A DNA stretch of 58,456 bases from a virus: IMG/VR virus record IMGVR_UViG_3300035034_000432; one strand, written 5' to 3'. Both the position numbers and the translations under genes were made by a program. Shown one piece after another: positions 24,982 to 36,900 of the stretch (position 1 is its first letter; the number at the start of each line of letters is the position of its first letter). The notes under the pieces are model-generated. The model saw only the letters and a list, made by a program, of their open reading frames with translations, made no database searches and was not told where the DNA came from.

Positions 24982-27900
24982 GTGGCGCGAAATCTATTCT
25001 CGGAATCAGCTGTAGATACATTTACCCGCGACGTTAAAAGCAGCCCGTACCAGCTGCCGGACCTTTCGGAGCTTAAAAGCAAAAACCCTGCACTTTCAGG
25101 CGGTGCGCCTGGCGATGTGCAGCTGGACGTTAATTACGACCCAGCGAGTTTAAAGCCGCCAGAGCAATTCGCGCAGTTTTTTAACACTGCGTCAGAAACC
25201 CACGGCGTACCTTCCGATATTCTGCAGGCGCTTGCACAGCAAGAATCATCCTACCGGCCTGATGCTATTGGCGTGGAAACCCAGTGGGGCCGCGCCAAGG
25301 GCATGATGCAGTACCTAGACAGCACCGCTAAGGGAATGGGCATCAACCCGTTCAATGCGGAGCAGTCTATCAACGCAGCGGCACAGCAGATTCGTGACCG
25401 GATAGCGAAAGGTTACAGCATGGAAGAGGCCATCATGGCTCACCATGGCGGCGACAATCGCAAGCAGTGGGGGCCAAAAACCCGAGCTTACGCCAAGAGC
25501 GTAATGAAAAAGGCCGGCGTATTGGCCAACAACCCTGGCATTTACCAGTCTGCAGGAGATCCCAACCCGCAGCCGCCAGCATTGCTTGCGCGCGAGGGTA
25601 CCGGTTACGACCCTGAACAGCGCGAGCCACGTACAGCCGAGCAGATTACTGACGGGCTGATGCGCAACACGCTCAAGAAGCAGGAAACAGGGCCAATCAC
25701 CGTTGAGCAGGGCTGGGGCGTCAACAAAGATATGCCGGACGGATCGAAGCCGGAGACTGCCATCCGGTTTGAACGTGCGACCGGAGCTTACGCCAAGGAC
25801 GCTGGGCCAAAGGATTACGACACGTTCCTGCAGGCGACCAAGAAAGAGCTTCAAAACGTACCAGAAAACATGACGCAATCAGCTGGCGGCATGATTCAGC
25901 TATTGGGTGAAAGCCTGGGAGAAGAGCGGGAGCGTTATTTTGCAGACGCGGGCCGGCGCATGGGCCTGACTGCACCAGAATTTAAAATGATTTATTGGGC
26001 CGAAGAAAACGGCCTGATTACCGAGGCCATGAAAGCCGGTAAAGATATCAAGATGGTTGCCGAGCAGCTGAAAGACCAGCTATCAGCCATTCCTGACGAG
26101 CGTATTCAGCGGGCTATTGTTGAGGGTGGTCTAGTGTCGCCCGAGCGCTTGGCCGGCTTTGGCGAATACGTCAGAAAGTCACAGGAAGAGCAAAAAGAAA
26201 CTGTAAACGCAGAGCCTGGCACATTGGGCTATTACGGCAGCCAGGCTATCCGCAGCATTGCGGAGAACATGCCCGCGCTGGTTATGTCCATTGCCACCAA
26301 AAACCCAGCCTACGCATTGGGTGACATTGCCTTTCGCACAACTGGCCAGTCATACGGTCAAGGCCGCGATGCCGGTTTGGACCCTGAAAAAGCCCGGGAA
26401 TACGCCACTGTCATGGCGATGGCCGAGGTTATTCCAACTGCAATACCGCTGGCCAGATTTATGGCTCCAGGCGGCAGCAACATTCTAAAGCAGATTTTTG
26501 GCGATGCACTGACCGAAGGCGCGCAGGAAACCATTACCGCAGCACTGCAGGCCGGCATAGACAAAGACTACATCAATCCAGATATGACCCTGAAAGAAGC
26601 GCTGATTCGCATGGCCGAGGGCGCACTGGTTGGCACAATGGCCGGCGCAGGTATTGCCACCGGCATACGTGTAGGCGAAAGAGCGATTGGCGCTGCCCGG
26701 GGCGGGGAAGAAGGCGAGCGGGCTAGAGCGCTTGCTGCAGAGATTGACCGAAACGTAAATGACGGCGAGTTTACCGGCAGCCTTGATGAAGCCGTAAACC
26801 GGGCTTATAACAACGTGCGAGGAACTGCCGGCGGGGCAGACTTTACCGGAGAGTCGACCGAACAAGGTGAGGTGGTCCGCGAAACAGTACAGCCAAGCAG
26901 GACAGACGTGCTACAAGGCCGGTCGCCGGCAGAGCTTGAACAGAAGTTTGACATCCTTGAAGCACTGGATCTGCTAATTGGACAAGCGGGCAAGCTGGAT
27001 GGCCGGATAACCGAACAGGCCGATGAAGCGCCCCTGGGAGCGCTAGGCCGCGCGCAACAAGAAAGCGTAAGAGAGGCCGCACTCGAAACAATTAAGGGTG
27101 AGCGCGTTGCGGTGAAGACGCCCACCGGTGTCATTGACGGCATTGTGTCCGAATACACCGAGGACGGACTCGGAAACTTTAATGCCCGCATTTTGGATTC
27201 TGCCAGCGGTGAGTTGTTCCAGTTTACTCAAGACGATGAAATCACCATTGCCAGGTTGATGGGTAACCGTGGCGTTAAAAAAGAAGAATTGCCGCCAGAA
27301 GAGCCAATGCCGCTGGAAGAAATGACGCAAGGCCAGCTTGTTGAGCAAATGAAAACGATCAACCAAAGGGCCAAGGACAACGGGTTCACCGCTGAATTAC
27401 TAAAAGAGCGGCAGCAGGTTGAATCCCTGATTAAAGATTTGGCCGAATTTGAAGGCAAACAAGGCGCCGATATTGACGCCATGGCCGACCAAGCAGGCGG
27501 TGAGCAAGATCAGTCCTCCATGCAGCCAACCATGGAAGAAATGCAGGCCGAGCAATCTGCAGCAGACCGCCGGCAAGACCCAGCAAAGCGCCGCCGAGTT
27601 GCGGATATGGCGCCCGAAGAAATGCAGAAAGCATTGCTTGAGTCAGACCTGACCGGCTTGGGTAACCGCCGCGCATACGCGGAAAACCCACGTAAGGCAG
27701 TTCAGGTATCGGTAGACGCCGATTCGCTCAAGTGGGTAAACGACAACATGAGCCATGGCGCCGGCGACCAGATGCTGCAGGCTATTGGCCGAGCATTGCA
27801 GAACAATGGCGCAGACGCTTATCACCCAAGCGGTGATGAATTTTGGGTGCAGGCTGACACGCAGGAAGAAGCCGACAACCTAATGGCATGGGTGCAAGAT

Positions 27901-30900
27901 GAACTAGAAGACGCTGTTATTGAATTTCAGCTTCCGAACGGCGAAATTATTACGAAAAAAGGAATAGGACTTAGTTATGGCACCGCGGAAACCATTGAAG
28001 CAGCCGAACAAAACCTCCAAGCCGACAAATCAAACCGACAGCGCGCAGGGCAGCGCGCAGGGCGAGGCGAAACCCCGCCAGGCGTCACCAGAAGTAACGC
28101 CAGAGTTCCTGGCGACACTGCCCGAGGGGACCAAGATTCTGAAGGTAACGCTGCCGAACGATTAACCGAAAAACAACAGCGTGATATTGGCTACCAAGAC
28201 CGCTTGGAAGAGCGCGCGAACAAGATCATTAAAGCTGATACCAGTGAAGAAATTGACGCCATTGTGGCCGAACATGAAAAAGACCCTGATGGTCACATGG
28301 AAGGCGTCAGCAAGATCCAGTTTGTAGCAGAGTCGCGTAAGGGCGCCATTGAAAACCCAGTAACTCCTGGCCTGATTGAGTCTTCTACTTCAGAGCGGGA
28401 AATAAACCTAAAGCTTGAGCGCGTCAAAGCAGATAACCCTGGCAAGCAATACAAAGTAGAGAAGCGGCAAGGAGGGTTCGGGCCTTACTTTGAGCTTATT
28501 GAAACCCAGCAGGAAGCAGTGGAAGCCGGCAATCCAAAGCGCGACAAGGCTGTTCAGCGGATCACCGATGGCAAAGCGTGGTTTGGCACCGAGGATAAGG
28601 CAAACAGCTTTATATCAAAGAACGAATTGGGCGACGAGTACGGCGTAGAGCAGAATGGCCAGCGGTTTGACGTTAAGCCATTGACCGAAATTGGCGCCGA
28701 AAAACGCCAGCAAATAACCAAGAACGATGGCACACCGTTTATGAGCGAGGCAGTGGCAGCCATTGCCATGAAAAATCGCCGTTTAAAGGGCTATGAAATT
28801 GTGGCCGTTGAAGGTGGGTTTGTACTTGAGCCAACAAAAGGGAACCAGGATGCGACAGAAGCAGCGCCAGCGCCGGAAGCAGCGCCAGAAAAAAGCAAAA
28901 AGTGGACAGCTGAATACCGAGCAAAAGCCAAAGAGCTAGGCATGGAGGAAGGCGGCAACGGTTATGGCGTCATGTTTACCACTGACGGCGGTGTAACCGT
29001 AAATTCTTCAATCACCAAGGTAACCAGTGGCCAGTTCCAGGCGTCTACATCGGCAAAAAGTGGATCTGTCACTGTGCCATCTGTATCCAGAAGGTTTGAC
29101 ACGTTCGACGAAGCGGTAGAAGACTTGCGCAGCCGCGATGCGCTGCCCGATGAAATTTCTGGAAACACAGGGCTGATTGGTGAAAATACACCTAAAGCCA
29201 TAGCGTCAATGAAATCGGCGCGAACCAATCCCGATGTTAAAAAAATAACGCCGGATAGCCGCGGCAGTTATCCCACGAGCGAGCTTCCTGAATGGTCAGA
29301 CGCTGGCCGCGGGTTTAAGTCGCGCCAATACGTTGTTGGCAAAAGAGTATTTCAGGAAGTAAAAAGCCCAAGGGGCAATGTCGTTACGAGAATGCTGGAC
29401 GCGAACGACAACCCAACCGCTTCCATTGACGCACCGCTAAACGAGTTCTTCAACGGCAGAGCAACCGAAGAATTTGATGGGTTCTTTGATAAAGCGCCTG
29501 CTATTTCTGCGCCAAAGAACGACAGCAAGGAGCCAGGTAAAAAGCCGCAGGTGAGCCGCACAGAGAAGGCATTGGGCGCCGTTAAGGGTGACACCGTAGA
29601 GCGCACCAGGGCCGATGGCACCAAGAAGACCTACAAAGTCAGAGATATTGACGGTAAGGGCGTGGCAGACCTGCAGCAAGTAGATGGCAAGGGCGGTTAC
29701 ATGATGAGCGCCAATGAAATCATTGCTGACAAACGGGATGGCACCAAATTTGCCAAGGTTGAACTGGCCGCTGGAGAGCTTGAGGTAATTGAGCTTGAGC
29801 CGCCAAGGGGCGGGCCAAATCTTCGACCAATAGAGATTTACCAGCAAATTGATGGCAAGCGCACATTGGTATTAGAGGCCAATATTGGGCAAGCAAAGTT
29901 TACTGACGGCAGTTTTCAGCGTCATCACGCCATGAAAAATCTGAACATGGCGCCAGAAAATAACCCCGCATACTTCCAGGTGTATTTTGTATCCCCGGCA
30001 GCCACGGACCCTGGCGCCGTATTGGAAAAAGCCATATCCGTTGCTACTGAGAAAAAAGTACCTTCCATATTTTTTATGAACATGGCCGCGTCAGAAAGAA
30101 ACGCCAAAATTGATACCGCCATCTTGACTAGAATTGGATTTCAAAAAGTGGGTGGCCGAGACAACTACGGTATGGCATTACCGGCAGCCGTTAAGTTTGA
30201 GCGCCCATCATCGGATGATGTTTTCAAGGCAGCCAGTGACGAATATGCGCTGCGAAACCCAGCATCTGTTCTTGCTCAACTGGCATTGGACGAAGAAGCA
30301 GGCCCAACGGACCGACCAGATTTTGCATACGGCCCTATGAAAACAGCCATGTATCAGCCTTCACGCCGTGGCCAGGGCGTTGCGGAAAGCCGAGCTAAGT
30401 CATTGTCGGAACGTGACGGCAGGAGCTACGCGGTAATTGAAATGTTTGGTGGCCTGACCGGCAGCAAGAGCGCTGGATACGTTGTTGTTCGCTCTGTTCC
30501 AGATATGCCAACAATGGACGAGTTATTCAGCGCTTCTTCAAACACCGGTTTGGGCGGTGACATCAACACCGAAATAGTGTTTGTGGCCGAGGGCAAGCAA
30601 GAAAAGGCAGCCGTGCCTGCAGCGATGCCCGAGCTTGAGCAATGGATGCGGAATAACAAGCTTGTTATTGGTGACACCATTCAAGCCGACGACAACTTGG
30701 CCTCAGAAATAATTAAGGGCGTTGACTACCAGCTATTTTCCGATGGACAGGGAGGGCTATTACTGCAGGCTCCATCCGGCGCCGTTCGATTGTCCAGAGA
30801 AATACTGCGCAGCATCAACAATTCTATAAGACCACCGGTGATTACCAAAATTGAGGCGCAGCAGGACGACCCAGTAGCGGTTAAAGGGCTGCGTGATTTC

Positions 30901-33900
30901 ATCGAACAGGAGTGGGACAAAGGCCAGCGCAACCGTTTCGCACTGGAAGACGGCGAGGTGAACGGCAAGAAGATCACCATTAACCAGAACGATGCCAGCG
31001 CAACAGTGGATGGAGTGAGAGTTCCATTCCTCGAAATCCAGTGGAAAGCGCTTGAAAAGCGTAAACAGGCGGAATCGCGCTCAAAAGGGCCAGATTCCGG
31101 CGTGAGCAAAGCAATTGCCACAGTCTTTGCTGCGCAGCGCTCTTTTTATAGCGAAAAAACAAAATCAACGGCGCCTATTGACCGAGCCGAACTGGTTGCA
31201 GCCATTGAGGCAGCGAAAACCGCAGGGATTGATGTTTCTTATATTCCCGCAAAGAACAGGGACGACAGCGAAGTTTGGACGCTAACAACCCCTGGCGGAG
31301 ACAGCTATACGGTTTACTTGTCGTCAACCGGCAGGGCGATGTGGAAGCAGGCTTCAACACCGAACGAAGAAACAGCACCCGACATTCAGCCTATGGACGA
31401 GTGGCGCGGCGACACAATGAAGACCCGCGAATATGCTAAACAGCTGGTCAATTCAGGGCTTGTATCGCGCAGTGAGTTTGAGAAGGCATGGCCGAAAACG
31501 CCGGAACTGACCCAGCTGATTGATCGTTACGAGAGTAATGCAAAACCAGCAGAAGAGCCGAAACTGCGCACACTAGACGATTTTGGCGAAGTTCTGGACG
31601 GCGTGGGCATTAAGCCAGGCGAGCAGTTTTCTACCACCAGTGGGCGCACGACTACGCCATACCCTAAACAGAAGTCAGAAAAATACGCTTCACAGTGGCT
31701 GATTGAAAACGCAACAGCGGAAGCCAGGGCGCGCGGTAACGACTTTGCAGCGGATCAGTTTGAGCAAATTACTCCACTTAAAGGCGGGTTCCTGACCCCG
31801 GCTGACAAAGAAAGCATGACCCTGTACCTGTTCGGGGATAGCACAGGCGCTGACACTGGCGCCGGCGCAAGCATACTCAAGCCATTATCTACGCCAAAGG
31901 CTGACGCATCAAAAGCCAGAAAGCCAAAGGCAAAATCTGCAAAGCCGGCACAGGAAAGCATTGTAGAAAAGTCGCAGTCTACCGAATGGGGCGCCAACAA
32001 CACGCTGGTATCCAGGGAGCGGGCCGACGAACTACGCGCCAAGCTAAAAGCCAAACTGGGTAACCTGAACAGCGGGCTGGACCCTGAAATCATGGCCGCT
32101 GGTACCGAGCTTGCCGTGTATCACTTGGAAGCCGGCGCCCGCAAGTTTGCACAGTTCGCCAAAGCGATTGCTGCAGACCTGGGTACCAGGCCATCACAAC
32201 TACGGCCATTCTTGCGCAGCTGGTACAACGGCGCCCGGGATATGATGGAAGACAACGACCTTTCCATTGAAGGTACCGACAGTGCAGACGTGGTGCGTGA
32301 ACAGCTGGCCAACATTGAGCAGCTGGACGTTGAAGATGCACCGGTTACCGAGGGTGAACGAACACTTGCTGACGAGCTATACGATAACCTTGATTCAATC
32401 GGGGACAACCGCAAGCTGAAATCAGTCATTGCCGCCTTCAACAACATGAGGCCGGCAGAAGTCGACGCCGCTATGATGAAGGACGCGCAAGAACAGCTAG
32501 AGTTAGCCATTACTCGCAGGGCGCGGGAGATTGCAGCCGAAGGTTTAACCGTAGAGGAAACCTACGACAAGCTGCTAGACCTGTACCAGTCGCAACCGCG
32601 GCTAGATATGCGCTCAAGCACTTCCATGAAGAATCAGGCGTATTCGACACCAGCGCCATTGGCTTACCTGGCATCCAAGATGGCGGGCATAACTCAAGAA
32701 ACGACCGTGTACGAGCCGACCGCCGGCAACGGCATGCTGCTAATCGATGCAAATGCAGAGACAGCCGTAGTCAACGAGCTAAACGACCTACGTGCGCAGC
32801 AGCTGAGAGCGCAGGGCTACAACGTCACGCAGAATGACGCCACAACCTTTGTGCCAATTCGATTGGTTGATTCGGTAATTGCCAACCCACCGTTTGGCAA
32901 GGCGCCAGAAGTCGTGAAGTTTGACGGCTACAAATTAAGCCAGATTGACCACGTTATTTCGGCTAAAGCGCTTGAATCACTCAAAGACGATGGCCGTGCA
33001 ACCCTGATACTGGGCGCCAGCATGGAACAGGGCGGTATGTCGGCAGCCGATCGCATCTTCTTCAACTGGCTGTATAGCCATTACGGCGTAGAGTCACACT
33101 TTGAGGTAGACGGGAAGCTTTACCAGCGCCAGGGCGCCGGCTGGCCAGTTCGCGTTATCACAATCAATGGCCGTAAAAACAGCGACCAAAATTCTACAAA
33201 TGTCGGCGATGTAAGCCGCGCAATGACTTGGGGCGAAGTCTATGAACGATACAATGAAAACGTGGATGCCAGCGCCGGACGGGCTGACACCGCAGGGACA
33301 GAAGGCGATGACAGTACGACTGTTACCCGGGACGAGCCAACCGGCGACCCACGCACAATTCCGGGACCGGCTGGAGTCGAAACTGGCACGACTGGTACGG
33401 CAGGCACAGGTGGCCGAGGACAACGTACCGGAACTACTGGAAGTAATGCCGGATCTAAAACTGGCAGCCAGCCAGGTGGGACCAAAACCAACACCAAATC
33501 AGATGGCAGCAGCACTGATGGAAGCCGACAGCCTAGTGGAAATGATGTACAGGGTGGAACACAAGGCGGGCAAGGTCAGCGGGGAAGCCAGGGCGGAGTA
33601 CGAAAGCCAGGATCTAAGGGCGTTTCTACAACTGATGGCAAGCCAGACAGCGTAAGTGGATCTGACTACCAAGTAGGATACACCGCGCGCTCAGAAGGCC
33701 CAAACAACGAAGTTCTGACACCGGTGAATATGGCCGAGGCAACAGAGCGAGCGTTAACGCGCATTGAAAATGAAGTGGGCAATCTGGATCAGTACGTTGT
33801 CGACAAGCTGGGATACGCCAGCAAAGCGGAGTTATACGAAGCCATGATGGGGCTGCAGATTGATGCCGTGGCCGCAGGCATTTACAACATGGAAAATGGC

Positions 33901-36900
33901 AAGGGCCAGATCATAGCCGACCAAACAGGCGTAGGAAAAGGCCGCCAAGCTGCAGCAATGCTGCGTTACGCGCTATCGGTTGGCAAAACACCGATCTTTG
34001 TCACGGCAAAAGACAACCTGTTCACCGATATGGTTAATGACTTGTCCGACATTGGTACCAAGGGCGCCAAGCCATTCCTTCTAAACAAGGACAGCTTTGT
34101 AAAAAAGGATGGCAAGCGGATATTTACCAACCCGAAAAAAGCCGGAAAGCATAAAAACACATTGCAGGGGATAGTAAACACCGGACAGCTGCCAGAAGGC
34201 AGCAACATGCTGTTTATGACTTACTCGCAGATCAACAAGCCCAATATTCAGCGTGACGTTCTTTCTGCGCTAAAAGGCAATGCTGTATTCGTTCTGGACG
34301 AATCACACAACGCTGCCGGCGACCGGGAAATCAAAAAGAAGGGTGGAGCGCAAAGAACAACAGCGGGCTTCATCTACGACACCATTGCAGAGTCGCCCGT
34401 ACAGTACCTGTCTGCAACGTATGCCAAGACCCCTAACAACATGCCGGTTTATTACCGCACCGATATGATGGACGCGGTAGACGATGCAGACCAGCTGGTT
34501 GAGGCCATGCAGATTGGCGGGCCACCACTGCAAACCATACTGGCAGGCATGCTGGCGGAGAGTGGGCAGCTATTCCGCCGCGAAAAATCGTTTGAAGGTA
34601 TCAGCGTAGATACCGAGATTGATTACGACAACAGCGAAAAGCACACGAAAACAGCTGACGCTGTGACTCAGGGGCTGCGGGCCATTGTGGAAGCCGATAA
34701 GGCATTCCATTCGGTTACCGTTGCTGCCCTTAACGATGTGGCCAAAGCGTCTGGCGGAGTGGCTGCCAGTGGCGGCAACCAGGCATCCAAGGGCGTAGAC
34801 CATACCCACTTCACCAGCATTGTGCATAACTTTGTTGGCCAGATGCTGGTTGGCCTGCACATAGATCTGACCGTGAAAAAGGCTATCGAACTAAACAAGG
34901 CAGGCAAGAAAACCGTTATCGCTCTTGAAAACACCATGAGTTCGTTCTTGGTGCGATACATCAAAGACAAAGGGCTACAGATGGGTGACCCCATCGATGC
35001 AGATTACCGCGACATTCTGCAAGATGCGCTCAACCGCACCAGGGGCGTCAACTACACATTGCCCAACGGCGAGAAAGAAACTCGCTACATACCGCTTAGT
35101 CAGCTTTCGCCTGAAGTTCTCAAGGTATACACCAAGGCGATGAAGGCTATTGACGGTATTCAAATTGACCTTCCAATATCCCCGATTGATTTTGTGCGAA
35201 ACGAGCTTACGAAAGCTGGGATCACAACGTCAGAAATCACAGCCAGAAGCGTAATTATTGATTACTCATCTGGCCAGCCCATCGTGGCAAAACGTGATAG
35301 CAGAGAAATTGATGACCGCCGCGGCACCGTTGACGGTTACAACAGCGGTGAATATGACTCACTGGTTTTGAATGCTGCCGGATCTACTGGCTTGAGCATT
35401 CATTCGTCAGAGCGCTTTGAAGACAAAAGGCCACGTCACATGCTTGTTATGCAAAGCATGAGCGACATTAACATTCTGATGCAGATGCTTGGCCGAATTA
35501 ACCGCACAGGCCAAGTAAACTTGCCGGCCTACACGTTCATTGGTTCTGACATTCCAGCTGAAAAGCGGATTCTTGCGCGCACCACGCAAAAAATGAAGTC
35601 TTTGAATGCGAATACCAGCGCGAATACCGACTCAGATACCAGCCTGAAAGCACCGGATATCCTGAACAAATACGGCGACAAGATAGTGAATGACTATCTC
35701 ACGGAAAACATGACGCTGGCGCTCAGGTTAGATATGTGGGTGACCGGTGGCGATATGACCCCAGATGCCGGCACCGCTTCCCAGTTCACTGGCCGACTGG
35801 CGCTATTGAAGGTTTCCGAGCAGCGCGAAATCTATGAGGACATAGAAGAGCAATACGAAAACTTCATGGACTACCTGAACAAAACCAACCAGAACGACCT
35901 TGAAACGGAAGTTATCGACTTCCAGGCCAAGCCGATTGAAAGCAAAGTTGCCTACGAAGGCACAGCACCAGGCACCATATTCGGTGGCAACACGATATTG
36001 CACAAAGCTGACGTGAAATATCAGGGCAAGGCGCCGCTGCCAGAAGAAGTGGCCGCTGATTTGGATAAGGCCGGCGACCCGCAGCAGGTTAAACAGGACA
36101 TTTTGGACAAAAAAGCCGCAGATACTGGGCCTGCCGAGCGTATCAAGGCTCTTGCAGCAAAACGCCAGTCAGATTTAGAAGTTGCAGAAATTGCCGGCGA
36201 CGAGAAGAAAGTAAAAGCCGCAAAAGCGGCTATGAAATCTTCCGAGAGCAACATGACTGGATACAATGACAACAAGCGCCAAGTTATTGATCTAATTGAA
36301 ACTTTCACCATTGGCCGCAGGGTAAAGCTGGAAATTGAAGGTGAAGAGGTTACCGGCGTTATTACCGGCGTGAAGGATACGTTTAAGCCTGGCAAGGGCA
36401 ACCCATACGCCAGAAGCAAAACCATTGTGTCGTTTGCTATTCCATCTGGCATCCGGCGCATTGACCTGCCGTTGACGCGGCTACGCTATGGCGAAATCTT
36501 CAAAGGCTTTGAGCGCGGCACCGGCAAGACCGGGCTTGAAGATATATTCAAAGCTGACATGGCCGGCGCGAACCGGCGCGAAACCCGCTACTTGGCAACA
36601 GGTAACGTGATTGCAGGCATGGCCAAGCTGAAAGGCCGGATCATTTCGTTTACGGATCAAAAAGGGAAAATCCACCAGGGCATATTGATGCCCAAAAACT
36701 ACAGCCGCGGAATAGATGATTCGTTTGAAACGATTGAAGGCACCGTGGCTTTCCCAATACGCGATGCAAAAGTTATGGCCAACTACATTCGCCAGAATAT
36801 TGCATCCATCGGCACCAGCCCATTAATCGACACATCGAAAGAAGTGGTTGTTAGTTCGTTCAAGGGCCGGCCATCTATTTCGGTACCGAGAAACAACAAG

